DNA of 64,000 nucleotides from a virus (lineage: Duplodnaviria; Caudoviricetes): IMG/VR virus record IMGVR_UViG_3300032307_000764, positions 96,001 through 160,000 of that record. One strand, given 5' to 3'. The notes under the pieces are model-generated. The model was not told the DNA's origin. It did not search any database and worked only from the letters and a program-made list of their open reading frames with translations. Both the position numbers and the translations under genes were made by a program. Of the stretch, positions 1 through 9,702 are shown one piece after another (positions within the stretch are counted from its first letter, which is position 1; each line of letters opens with the position of its first letter).

Positions 1-2
1 TT

Positions 3-224
3 AAGTTTCTAGATTTTCAGAATCCTGAACAATACCTACCTGATTTTAGATTGCTTCTATTAGACAACGAGGGTATTATTATGGCTAGTGTTATTTTACA
101 GCAGCCAATATATACTTCATTGTCGGAGATTCAATTAAACTATGCCTCCTCTACCCCGCAATTTTCCACATTCAGCGTGGGCTTTAAATGTAATTACGTA
201 AATTTAAAACTTGAAATTGGATAA
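3..224 (+). CDS. 3' end of a gene running in from upstream; possibly tail tube/tail completion (gp3/gp19-like) fold
   Basis: Hand translation of frame 3: ...LLLLDNEGIIMASVILQQPIYTSLSEIQLNYASSTPQFSTFSVGFKCNYVNLKLEIG*, resembling the C-terminal pattern of T4 gp3/gp19/gp54 proteins; not in the ORF track. Confidence 0.4.
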   Translation, partial: KFLDFQNPEQYLPDFRLLLLDNEGIIMASVILQQPIYTSLSEIQLNYASSTPQFSTFSVGFKCNYVNLKLEIG

Positions 225-897
225 TATAATCGGAATAGATTTCTCATTAAATAGCCCAGGATTTTGTGTATTAACAAAAGATGCCTGTAAATGGATAAGT
301 CTACATAGAACTACTAACATCATAGATAAGATGTTAAAAAAAGACGGATCACCTTTTAAAGTATTGGGAGATAATGGTACCGTTAGTATTAATATCATAC
401 CCAAAAAAGAATTTACTGGAGAATACCACGACAAGGAAAGACAGAAGATATTAAATGCAATATATTTTTCAGAAGTTGCATTGGACCTATTAGATCCATA
501 TCTTAATTATAATTCTATTGTTGGTATGGAAGGTTTATCTTTTGGGTCTAGCGGGAATTCTTTAATAGATATTTCTATGACAACTGCTCTTATAAGAGCG
601 GGAGTAGTTAAAAGGATCAATCCTGATAATTTCTATGTACTCTCACCAACAACACTTAAGAAGTTTGCAGTTAAAGGAAATGCTAAAAAGGATGAATTAT
701 ACAATGCCTTATTGGAAAAAAAATCAGAGGATATAAGAATTAAGCCTCTTTTGAAGTTATTAAGTGAATACAAAGACACATGGGTAAAAGGAGCTGGAAA
801 GGTAGAAAACCCATGTTCTGATATAATTGATGCGACTTGGATTTGTTTTTTTATAGAAGAAAATTTAGAGAAACTTTTGACAGGTAGCAAGATATAA
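211..897 (+). CDS. ruvC: RuvC-like Holliday junction resolvase (RNase H fold)
   Basis: IGIDFSLNSPG, GMEGLSFG, PTTLKK..GNAKKDE and DIIDA motifs; TTG start. Confidence 0.75.
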   Translation: MKLDNIIGIDFSLNSPGFCVLTKDACKWISLHRTTNIIDKMLKKDGSPFKVLGDNGTVSINIIPKKEFTGEYHDKERQKILNAIYFSEVALDLLDPYLNYNSIVGMEGLSFGSSGNSLIDISMTTALIRAGVVKRINPDNFYVLSPTTLKKFAVKGNAKKDELYNALLEKKSEDIRIKPLLKLLSEYKDTWVKGAGKVENPCSDIIDATWICFFIEENLEKLLTGSKI

Positions 898-934
898 CTA
901 TTAATTAAAAACAATTTAAAAAATTTTAGGAATT

Positions 935-1894
935 ATGGAAGAAAATTTTGACATCTTTAATCTGGACAACGAAGCATTTGTTAAACAGGAAGTAAAAAAG
1001 GACGAGGACGAGTTTTTATACAAACCTTATCCAGAACTAGGAAAAGACGGTGTTTACAAATCTCTAGTGAGATTTTTACCTAACATCACTAATCCAAAAA
1101 AATCTAAGATCCACCAATATTACGTTTGGTTAAAGGATCCAGTAGACGGAGCAAATCATAAAGCTATTTGCCCTTCTACAGTAGGAAAAAAATCTATTCT
1201 TAAAGACATCTTTTGGAAACTTAAGAACTCAGCTTCTGCTAAAGACCAAGAGCTTGCTAAAGCTTTCTCAAGAAAAGAAGATTTCTATTCTTTAATTCAA
1301 GTAGTTAAAGATTCAAATCGCCCAGATCTAGAGGGAAAAATCATGATATTCAAGTTCGGTAGAAAAGTTAACGATATGATCGAACAACAAATCAAACCAG
1401 AATTTGGTAACCCTTCTAACCCTTATGATTTATTCGAAGGTAAAAACTTTGGATTACACGTAAGAAAAGTTGGAGAGTGGAACAACTATGACCTTTGTCA
1501 ATTCGTTGGTGATAAAATGCCATTAATGATCGAAGGAAATCCAGTTGAAAGAACTGAAGAAGGAAGAGATAACGTTACTTCATATTTAAAAACAGGTCCT
1601 TTGGATCTTGATAAATTTGATTATAATGATTGGTCAGCTGAAGAACACGACAAGATCATGAGAATCATTAGAAACACAATTCCTGACGGAAGAATTGTTT
1701 CTGAGATTATCGGAGGAAGCGTAGATTCTAAACCATCTGCTCCATCTGCATCTGCTGATTCATTCTTTGAAGAAGCAAACGAAAGAGGATCAACATCAAC
1801 TTTAGAGGAAGATGAAGCTCCTGCTGCTAAACCAGCTAAAACCCCAACTAAAAAAGCTAGTCCTTCTCTAGACGATTTATATAACGACCTATAA
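935..1894 (+). CDS. gp32: Single-stranded DNA-binding protein, T4 gp32-like
   Basis: VRFLP motif, FKFGRK, NPYDLFEG.NF, WNNYD, acidic low-complexity tail ending SLDDLYNDL. Confidence 0.85.
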   Translation: MEENFDIFNLDNEAFVKQEVKKDEDEFLYKPYPELGKDGVYKSLVRFLPNITNPKKSKIHQYYVWLKDPVDGANHKAICPSTVGKKSILKDIFWKLKNSASAKDQELAKAFSRKEDFYSLIQVVKDSNRPDLEGKIMIFKFGRKVNDMIEQQIKPEFGNPSNPYDLFEGKNFGLHVRKVGEWNNYDLCQFVGDKMPLMIEGNPVERTEEGRDNVTSYLKTGPLDLDKFDYNDWSAEEHDKIMRIIRNTIPDGRIVSEIIGGSVDSKPSAPSASADSFFEEANERGSTSTLEEDEAPAAKPAKTPTKKASPSLDDLYNDL

Positions 1895-1916
1895 TAAAAA
1901 ATAAAAATGGATCGTT

Positions 1917-2990
1917 ATGGAATCAAAGACTGTAAGCAACCTATCTGTAGATAGAGTTAAAGGAATAGTTTCCTCTGCTTTGCTTAAGTTCTTTGGGAAT
2001 GACTCACAAAGATTAAAAATCTACCAAGGGGGCAACAGACTAAACTTCTGTTGCCCTTATTGTGGAGATTCAACAGACGCAAGGAAAAAAAGAGGAAATT
2101 TATACACGGACACTCTTACATACAAGTGTTATAATGGTGGATGTGGTGTTTTTAAAAATCTTAATCAATTTACTCGGGACTTTGAAATACAGTCGCTTCT
2201 ATCTACTGATGAGATTGCTGAGATTGCAGAGATATCTAGGAATTCTACTATAAGGAAAAAAATCAGAAATTCCTTAGACTACTTCTTTTCCGAAAACTAT
2301 AAGGATATTCTAGTTTCCAGAGACTACTTAAAGTACAAATTAAAACTTAAAGAAGTTACTGGAACATTTGCAGAAAAATGGATACTCGAAAGAAACCATG
2401 TTCCCGATGATAAATTTCTATGGGATCCTAATAGAAAGAACCTTTATCTTTTAAATCTTTCAGGAGACGATACAAAAGTAATAGGACTACAGATAAGACC
2501 TATAGTAAAGAAGAATGGAGGTAGTAAGTATTACACTTATAAATTAAGCGGAATATACAAGAATCTACTAAAAGAAACTAATCCTGAGATAATACTTAAA
2601 GCTGAGGAGGTTGATCCTATATCTAGTGTATTTGGATTTTCTACTGTTGATTTAGATTCCATGATTACTGTTTTTGAAGGACCTATGGATGCTTGGCTTT
2701 GTCCTAATTCCATAGCTCTTTGTTCTATCAATAATCCTTTCCCTTTTGATGTTACAAATAAAAGATGGATGCTGGACGGAGATGGAATAGGAAGACAAAA
2801 ATCTAGGGAATTTTTAGAAAATGGTGAACAGGTATTTCTATGGGGTAAGTTCTTAAAAGATTGTGATTTACCTGAGAGGGAGAAATGGGATCTAAATGAT
2901 ATAGTTAACTATGTTAAATCAACAGGGAAGAAGATCAAAAGACTTGATAATTATTTCTCTGCTGATAAATGGGATATTATAGATATATGA
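1917..2990 (+). CDS. gp61: DNA primase, T4 gp61-like
   Basis: Zn finger CPYCGDS..KKRG..YKCYNGGC; TOPRIM VFEGPMDA; KWDLND. Confidence 0.85.
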   Translation: MESKTVSNLSVDRVKGIVSSALLKFFGNDSQRLKIYQGGNRLNFCCPYCGDSTDARKKRGNLYTDTLTYKCYNGGCGVFKNLNQFTRDFEIQSLLSTDEIAEIAEISRNSTIRKKIRNSLDYFFSENYKDILVSRDYLKYKLKLKEVTGTFAEKWILERNHVPDDKFLWDPNRKNLYLLNLSGDDTKVIGLQIRPIVKKNGGSKYYTYKLSGIYKNLLKETNPEIILKAEEVDPISSVFGFSTVDLDSMITVFEGPMDAWLCPNSIALCSINNPFPFDVTNKRWMLDGDGIGRQKSREFLENGEQVFLWGKFLKDCDLPEREKWDLNDIVNYVKSTGKKIKRLDNYFSADKWDIIDI

Positions 2991-3172
2991 AAGCTAAAGT
3001 TAATAACGGTAAATTCAAATTCCCAGTAGGTATTAAGGGAGAATTAGATCTACCAGATTTGGATATTTCTGAAAATTTTTCTAGTTCTATAGTAAAAGAT
3101 AAGATAGATTCCGAAGTTAAGGAAATAGGTAAAATAAAAAAGAATAAATGTCAGAGCAACAGCCTAATGTAG
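2987..3172 (+). CDS. Small hypothetical protein
   Basis: ATG at 2987 forms an ATGA overlap with the primase stop; fills the operon gap. Confidence 0.5.
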   Translation: MKAKVNNGKFKFPVGIKGELDLPDLDISENFSSSIVKDKIDSEVKEIGKIKKNKCQSNSLM

Positions 3173-3618
3173 AACAGAAAATAGATTTCAATCAAAAATT
3201 TGAAGTTGAGAGAGGAGAGTGGACGGAGAAAATCCGAGAGCTTTCTATAAGAATGAAAAATATACGTGAACTTGCAGAGGTTCAGGTGGATTTATATTCC
3301 AATAGACAGCTTCTTTTAGAGTACTCTTCCAAGTTAGGTCAAGTAATGGTAAAGCTTAATGCTAAATTCAGAAAGGATAGGGCAGAGAGACTAAAATACT
3401 ACTCGGAAAAAACCCAAGTTAAATATGGTGCTAATGAAAAGACACCTTTAATTGAAGGGGATCTTTCTGAGTTAAAAGAAAGAATGGATATAGTTGAGGG
3501 ACAGATTTCTTTCCTTAATGAAACCATGAAGACCGTCGACCATATGTTGTATGGTGTGAAATCTAGAATATCATTAGAAGAATATTTAAGATCAGGAGCG
3601 GTTAAAAATAATTACTAG
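3148..3618 (+). CDS. uvsY: UvsY-like recombination mediator
   Basis: Helical/coiled-coil 156 aa immediately upstream of uvsW as in T4-like phages; C-terminal LIEGD..L..R......I.FL...K.... pattern resembles UvsY. Confidence 0.55.
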   Translation: MSEQQPNVEQKIDFNQKFEVERGEWTEKIRELSIRMKNIRELAEVQVDLYSNRQLLLEYSSKLGQVMVKLNAKFRKDRAERLKYYSEKTQVKYGANEKTPLIEGDLSELKERMDIVEGQISFLNETMKTVDHMLYGVKSRISLEEYLRSGAVKNNY

Positions 3619-3620
3619 TA

Positions 3621-5162
3621 ATGTTAAAATTTGTAGTAAGTGAAGATAAAAATTGGTTGAGCCTTATAGATTACGACGAGGATTTTGAGAGAAAACAAAT
3701 TGAGATATCATTAACTAAAAAAATACATAATCACTTTTTTCATCCCTTAGTTAAGAAAAAGCATTGGGATGGTTCAATATGCTTTGTTGATAAAAGAGCT
3801 CCTATATGGAGAGTTCCTATCGGACTATGGTCAGAGCTTTATCAAATATGTCAAAAATATAAGATAGAGATTCAAATAGATGGATTAGGAAAGATAATAG
3901 ATAACGAATTTACACTGGAGTCTTATACAGAATGGTGTAACAATTTTTTCAAAGATGGAGTTGGTGGTGATCCTAATAAAATGCCAAGGGATTACCAGAT
4001 AGAAACTGCATGGAAGATTATTAAATTTAAACTTTCAGTATCTGAGGTTGCAACAAGCTCTGGTAAAACTCTTATAGCCTTTATGGTAATGGCTTATCTT
4101 AAAGAGGTTAGAAAAGTTAAGAAATTCTTAATGGTAGTTCCTAATACCAACTTGGTTATACAAGGAGCTGAGGATTTTGAAGAATACGGATTAGAGAAAT
4201 TAGAAGATTGTGAGATCCAACAGATTCATGGATCAAACAAGAAAAAAATATCAGGTGGATTAATGATAGGAACATATCAATCCCTTGTTAAAATGGATCC
4301 TGAATTTTTTGATGATGTGGAAGCAGTTTTTGTTGATGAGTGTCACCAAGCACAGAGTGCTTCTATCAAAAAGGTTGTTGCTTTGTGTAAAGACTCTATG
4401 TGGAGATTCGGACTATCTGGAACTTTAGCTAATAAGAATACTGCTGAGTATTTAACTATTCAGCAATTTCTCGGTCCTCTAATTATGGAGATATCCCCTA
4501 AATTTCTATTTGATAATAAATATGCAACACCTGTTTCAATTAAGATAGTTAAGATGGATTGGATGGATCCTGAAGTTAAGGAAAAACTATCCAAGCTTAA
4601 GGAGGAGAAAACAGAGATGGAAGGTAACGAGCTTTTCAATCTTGAGAGAAAGCTTGTTGTTAACTCTGACAAGAGGCTAAACTATATCATCAACTTCGTT
4701 CTTAAGACCTCTAAGAATTCGTTAATACTCTTTCAGTCTGTAGGAGAGGGATACGGTAAAAGAATATACGAGGGAATTCGAGATAGATCAAGCGACAGGG
4801 AGGTTTATTATATTGATGGTGATACCGATCCAGATAGGAGGGATATTTTCACTAAAAGAATGGAAGAGGGAGTTAATAAAATAATGGTAGCTTCCTTTGG
4901 TACTATGTCAACAGGTATCTCGGTTAAGAACATACATAACATATTTCTTACAGAATCCTATAAGTCTGAGGTTTTAATTAAACAGAGTCTAGGAAGGGGT
5001 ATGAGATTATATGAAGGTAAGGAAAAAGTAAATATTATAGATTTTGTAGACGACTTTAGCTGGGAAGGTAAGGATAATTACCTAATGAAGCATTCTAAAG
5101 AAAGAATAGAGATTTATAAAAAAGAACACTTTGATTACAAGATATATGAGATCAAAATTTAG
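3621..5162 (+). CDS. uvsW: UvsW-like superfamily 2 DNA helicase
   Basis: WDG.I, PRDYQ, ATSSGKT (Walker A), DECH, GLSGT, QSLGRGMR. Confidence 0.9.
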   Translation: MLKFVVSEDKNWLSLIDYDEDFERKQIEISLTKKIHNHFFHPLVKKKHWDGSICFVDKRAPIWRVPIGLWSELYQICQKYKIEIQIDGLGKIIDNEFTLESYTEWCNNFFKDGVGGDPNKMPRDYQIETAWKIIKFKLSVSEVATSSGKTLIAFMVMAYLKEVRKVKKFLMVVPNTNLVIQGAEDFEEYGLEKLEDCEIQQIHGSNKKKISGGLMIGTYQSLVKMDPEFFDDVEAVFVDECHQAQSASIKKVVALCKDSMWRFGLSGTLANKNTAEYLTIQQFLGPLIMEISPKFLFDNKYATPVSIKIVKMDWMDPEVKEKLSKLKEEKTEMEGNELFNLERKLVVNSDKRLNYIINFVLKTSKNSLILFQSVGEGYGKRIYEGIRDRSSDREVYYIDGDTDPDRRDIFTKRMEEGVNKIMVASFGTMSTGISVKNIHNIFLTESYKSEVLIKQSLGRGMRLYEGKEKVNIIDFVDDFSWEGKDNYLMKHSKERIEIYKKEHFDYKIYEIKI

Positions 5163-5197
5163 ATTTTGGATATATAAAAGGAAAGAAAAGAATCTAA

Positions 5198-5797
5198 ATG
5201 AAAAATATTCAAGATTACAAAAGATTTTGTCTCAATGAAGCTGAAGAACTAATGTGGACTAGGCATCTTGGTAACAATGCTAACAGTTACGAAGACAGGG
5301 CTAAAAATTACTATAATTTATCTAGCAGTCCTGGTATACTTTCTAAAACACAGAATTTCTTCCAGAAAATGGAAGACAGAATCAACAACATGGCTAGAGT
5401 AGGTAAAGGACTTGCTCAACAAAATAGATCAGGAAGATCGGGTAACTTAGATACTGGATACGAAAATCTATTTGGACTAGTTTCTGTTGTTCCTAATGTT
5501 CTTAAAAGAGTTTTTGGTCCAACTAAATTCGAAATAGCTAAAAAAGCTCCAGCAAAGGATGACGAGGTTAATCTTGAATTCATGAGACACACTAATGAAG
5601 ATTTTGCTAAGAGTGAACTTCCTAACATTAGATCTGAAAAGCAATTAGAAGATAATATCGCTGACCTTTATCAAAAAGGTGAAGTTAAAAAAGGAGAAGT
5701 ACCTGTACTTGATGATATAGCAATGAATAGAATTAATCTATATTATACAAGACAAGAAAACCCAAACCAGCCAATATTCCAACCAAATAATCTATAA
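5198..5797 (+). CDS. Hypothetical protein with capsid-targeting-like N-terminus
   Basis: MKNIQDYKRFCLNE; GATATATA at 5169. Confidence 0.6.
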   Translation: MKNIQDYKRFCLNEAEELMWTRHLGNNANSYEDRAKNYYNLSSSPGILSKTQNFFQKMEDRINNMARVGKGLAQQNRSGRSGNLDTGYENLFGLVSVVPNVLKRVFGPTKFEIAKKAPAKDDEVNLEFMRHTNEDFAKSELPNIRSEKQLEDNIADLYQKGEVKKGEVPVLDDIAMNRINLYYTRQENPNQPIFQPNNL

Positions 5798-5799
5798 AA

Positions 5800-6546
5800 A
5801 TGAAAAAATTCTCTTCAATAGTAGAAAAGAAAAAACAAGAATTACACGAAAACCAGGTAATAAACGAGAGAAATCTTTATCTTGACTTTGCAAAGAAATA
5901 CCATAAAAAACATGGTGTATCTGGACCTTTTGATAAAAAATTCCAAGGAGATAAAAAGGCTCAGGAAGAATATATGGAAGGACTAGGTAAGGCTTGGACG
6001 GAGCACAAAGAAAAGAAAGGTATCAAGAATAAGTCTGAAAAGGGTAAGTTTGATTTTGCTAAGAAAAAAATGAACGAATCTAAGGCTTTTGATATGGCTA
6101 AGCAAATGATAGGAGATGGCGGAGAGCCTAACTATCACTTCGTTACGATGTGCGACGACTATCTTTTTGAAAAAGATGGAGAAATGCTAAGATATAGCAA
6201 AGATATGATGGCAGCACCGCTTAAAATCAAAACTACGCCTACTTTAGGAGCTTATACGTTCGGCCCTTTCATGAACATTGAAGAATCTAAAATGTTTGCT
6301 GCTAGTATCGAGTTAGATGAAATCAATGGACCTAGAATGGTTACTATCGAGGACAGAAAAACAGGTGAGGTGTTTACTAAATATTTAACTTGTAAGCTTC
6401 AACCAGTTTGGGATGAACACGAGGAAGAAAACTTTGAGTCTATCGAAGACGAAGACGAAGAAGAATTTGAAGATCCTAATTCAGAGTACACTTACGGTGA
6501 CGAGACTGAGGACGAAGAAACAGAAGACGACGGAGAGGAAGAATAA
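5800..6546 (+). CDS. Hypothetical protein, acidic C-terminal tail
   Basis: Long ORF with A-rich leader; D/E-rich end; MKKFSSIVE start. Confidence 0.6.
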   Translation: MKKFSSIVEKKKQELHENQVINERNLYLDFAKKYHKKHGVSGPFDKKFQGDKKAQEEYMEGLGKAWTEHKEKKGIKNKSEKGKFDFAKKKMNESKAFDMAKQMIGDGGEPNYHFVTMCDDYLFEKDGEMLRYSKDMMAAPLKIKTTPTLGAYTFGPFMNIEESKMFAASIELDEINGPRMVTIEDRKTGEVFTKYLTCKLQPVWDEHEEENFESIEDEDEEEFEDPNSEYTYGDETEDEETEDDGEEE

Positions 6547-6548
6547 AA

Positions 6549-6992
6549 ATGTTAACTCCTTCACAAAGCCAAGCTCTTTATCCTGTACTTCAACATTACA
6601 CAGGAACTAAGATAAATTCTATCTCCGATATGGGAGATGGACTTATCTTTAGTACCTCTTGGGGCGAGTCTGGTTTATTGGTTGAGAATAATAAAGGTGA
6701 TTGGGAGATAATAATAGGCCAGGAATTAGTGGATAGAATAGAAAAAGAAGTATTCGAAGCATTAGTTAAACCTGAGACAAAGAGTAACATTGAGGAATAT
6801 ATTAAGATTTTAGATCATTTAGCTAAAGATTCTAAAGTAAGTTATAGATCTAAAGTTTTAGTTTCCCAGATACTTGGTATACTAGAAGAATTTATTTTAA
6901 ACTCTAATTTTGTACCAAAGAAAGAAATAAAGTTTGGACCTTTTTGGATTTTTAGCTATAAAGGAAATAAGTTCATAAACTCATTAAATTAA
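6549..6992 (+). CDS. Hypothetical protein
   Basis: Tightly packed in operon. Confidence 0.6.
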   Translation: MLTPSQSQALYPVLQHYTGTKINSISDMGDGLIFSTSWGESGLLVENNKGDWEIIIGQELVDRIEKEVFEALVKPETKSNIEEYIKILDHLAKDSKVSYRSKVLVSQILGILEEFILNSNFVPKKEIKFGPFWIFSYKGNKFINSLN

Positions 6993-6993
6993 A

Positions 6994-8991
6994 ATGTCAG
7001 GAATAAAACACTTATCGGACATCTTTCAAGATAAAGGAAAAAGCTTCATTGAAAAGCTTTTTAGTAAAGAATTGACCGTAACGGAAAATCTTGATGGATC
7101 TACTTTCTCTTTTGAGAGAGATTTTACTGGAAATAATATTTCTTTCTATAAGAAAGATCAAGAAAATCCTATTACTAAAGTAGATAGGATATTAATGTCA
7201 TATTATGAAAAGCCTATAAACTATATAGATGCTTTACCAGAATCAACAAAAGAAGAAATTCCTAAGGGATGGAGATTTGGCATGACGTATTTTCCTAATA
7301 CTAAACCTGTTAGGATAGAATACGAAAGAGTTCCTAAGAACCATTTAATATTAACCCACGTACTGGTTAGAGATGAATTTGGGGAAACCGAAAGGATAAT
7401 ACAAGATAAGGAAGAGCTTGATCGATGGGCGGACAAACTTGGCGTAGAAAGAGCTCCTATTATTTTCCAAGGAAAACTTAATGAGGATCAGAAATTATCC
7501 ATAATGGATTTCCTTTCTACTCCGCTAATGGATTTAAAGAATAGATTTAAAACTGAGAGCTTCTCTAAATATCTTATTTCTATTTTAAATCCAGAGATAG
7601 TTAAAACAACACTAGGTAAAGATCTTCACGGAGAAATTGATTCTTTAGTTTTCCGATTCGACGACGAGGGTAAAGAAGAGACAATCTTAGCTAAAATGGT
7701 CGATCCTGTTTTCTATGAAATGTCCAAAGATAGAAAAGCATCAAGATCCTCGCATTTTCCTAGTGACATATATTCCTTGTGTTTAATAGATGTAATGAAT
7801 TTCATACTAGAAAAGGGTGTAGAATCTTTTGATGCTCAAGGTATAGAGCCAGAGGAAAGATATATCAATTTCGTATTTTCTGTATTTAAAAGCTTTATTT
7901 ATGACGAAGGTGAAAGATACTTAGGTGTTGATTTCGATAAACCTGATTATTTAAAATCCGAAGAATTTGCATTAAATAAAGATCTAATACAAGACACAGA
8001 GGTTATTTCATATTTGGATAAGGACGAATCATATATTGATATACTTCAAATGATCCTTAATTCATTCAGAAAGTTTAAAAGAAAGCCACACGGATTTTTT
8101 ACTGAGGGACTAATAAAACAATTTAATCAATTAGTTGAAGAGATAGCTTCTTATATCAATGCTAAAAGAAAAGAAAGGATAGAAGAATCTCTAGGATTAC
8201 CTTCCTTTGTTTGGTTTAAAAAAGCTGGATCTAGATTTAATGTAGATTACGAAGAAGAGACTGAAGAGATAGAGGAAAACTTGTTATCAGATGTGTCTGA
8301 TAATACAGATATTCTTTTAGAATCTGAAAACGTTAATCCGGAGAAAGAGGAAGAGGAAGACACGTCAGAATTCTTTTCGTTCAAAGATTTTAAAAAAGTA
8401 GTTTCTACTAATAAAGAGAAAAAGAAAATTAAAATACTTAACGAGTCTAACGAGAGTGTCAATGTTATAATTGGTAAATTTCAGCCTTTCAATAATGGAC
8501 ATTTAAAAATGTGCTCAAGAGTTAAAAAAGAAAACAATCTTCCTATATTTTTATGCGTAGTACACCCAGGTGGAGATGCTAATAACAAATTTCCATTCTC
8601 TGAAGAGCTAGTTAGAAAATCTATAGGATCTTTGGTTTCCGAGAACGATAAAATGTTTGCAGGATATGAAATAGTTCCTAGCAACCTATTAGAGGATGCA
8701 ATTAATATCGTTTCAAAGAAAGCAAATCCTGCATCAGTTTGTATAGGAGAGAAGGATTTTGAAAATATGTTACTTCAAAGAGAATGGATCAGAAATAAGT
8801 ATGATCTTAACGGAGGAGATATAGAGATATTTAAAACACCAGCATGGTCTGATAATAATTTAATTAGAGATTATGTCAGAAATGGTGATTTCCAAGAATT
8901 TAAGAGTAAAGTTCCTAAATCTATTGCTGTACTGTTTAATGAATTCAATAGAGAAATGCAGGATCTCGAAAATCCTAGCGAGGATATATAA
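6994..8991 (+). CDS. Nucleotidyltransferase(RNA ligase-like)-fold plus cytidylyltransferase/NMNAT-like fusion with degenerate catalytic motifs
   Basis: VTENLDG (K to N relative to EKLDG), PIIFQG, DSLVFR; C-terminal IIGKFQPFNNGH (cf. GRFQPFHxGH). Confidence 0.6.
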   Translation: MSGIKHLSDIFQDKGKSFIEKLFSKELTVTENLDGSTFSFERDFTGNNISFYKKDQENPITKVDRILMSYYEKPINYIDALPESTKEEIPKGWRFGMTYFPNTKPVRIEYERVPKNHLILTHVLVRDEFGETERIIQDKEELDRWADKLGVERAPIIFQGKLNEDQKLSIMDFLSTPLMDLKNRFKTESFSKYLISILNPEIVKTTLGKDLHGEIDSLVFRFDDEGKEETILAKMVDPVFYEMSKDRKASRSSHFPSDIYSLCLIDVMNFILEKGVESFDAQGIEPEERYINFVFSVFKSFIYDEGERYLGVDFDKPDYLKSEEFALNKDLIQDTEVISYLDKDESYIDILQMILNSFRKFKRKPHGFFTEGLIKQFNQLVEEIASYINAKRKERIEESLGLPSFVWFKKAGSRFNVDYEEETEEIEENLLSDVSDNTDILLESENVNPEKEEEEDTSEFFSFKDFKKVVSTNKEKKKIKILNESNESVNVIIGKFQPFNNGHLKMCSRVKKENNLPIFLCVVHPGGDANNKFPFSEELVRKSIGSLVSENDKMFAGYEIVPSNLLEDAINIVSKKANPASVCIGEKDFENMLLQREWIRNKYDLNGGDIEIFKTPAWSDNNLIRDYVRNGDFQEFKSKVPKSIAVLFNEFNREMQDLENPSEDI

Positions 8992-9004
8992 ATAAAAAAT
9001 AGAA

Positions 9005-9694
9005 ATGAGAAGAATCCTCGGATGGAGCGAGTTTAAATTATTCGAACAAGTTTATTTAGATAAAGACGAGCCTAAAGGAAATAGTATATCAGAAGATGCG
9101 TTTAAAAAAATGCGTCTTTGTTGTTTTGATATCATGGGTAAATACCCATTTTTTAGAAAACTTCTTTCTGATTTAGTAATCAGAGAAAATAGAAACCTTC
9201 CATATAAAACTATGGCAACGGATGGTGTTAGTATTCACTACGATCCCGGATTTGTTCTTGCAAAAAGTGAAGCGGAAATTATATTTGTTATTTGTCATGA
9301 GATAATGCACAATGTATTATTCCACTTTGCTAGAAAAATGCCAGATCCTAATCTATGGAACGTAGCAGCAGATTATGCTCTTAACCAATTATTAGAGGGT
9401 GTCGGAACAATGCCTAAAGAAGCTTTATATCCTGGGTGTGGATATCATCCAGATGATAAGAAGTTTGTTAATCTATCAGCAGAACAGATCTACGAATGGC
9501 TAGTTAAATCTGGTGCTAAACCACCAGAAGAACCTGAAGGAGATGGAGATTCTCAAGATTCGGAAATAACAATTGGAGATATAATAAGAGATACATCTAC
9601 TAATACTTATGGTGTAGTAAGATCTATAGACTCTGCAACTGGAGAAATTGAATTTGATCCTATTCCTAAATCGGATGTATCTAAATATTTATAA
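9005..9694 (+). CDS. Zincin-like metallopeptidase (DUF2201_N type) with C-terminal SH3-like module
   Basis: TMATDG, HEIMH, WNVAADYALN, SAEQIYE.L. Confidence 0.8.
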   Translation: MRRILGWSEFKLFEQVYLDKDEPKGNSISEDAFKKMRLCCFDIMGKYPFFRKLLSDLVIRENRNLPYKTMATDGVSIHYDPGFVLAKSEAEIIFVICHEIMHNVLFHFARKMPDPNLWNVAADYALNQLLEGVGTMPKEALYPGCGYHPDDKKFVNLSAEQIYEWLVKSGAKPPEEPEGDGDSQDSEITIGDIIRDTSTNTYGVVRSIDSATGEIEFDPIPKSDVSKYL

Positions 9695-9702
9695 AAGAAT
9701 CG

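Noticed and set aside
6994-8991. NAD+ reconstitution (Nampt/Nmnat or Adps/Namat) pathway
   Set aside because: The NMNAT-like motif is degenerate and no partner enzyme is present in the window
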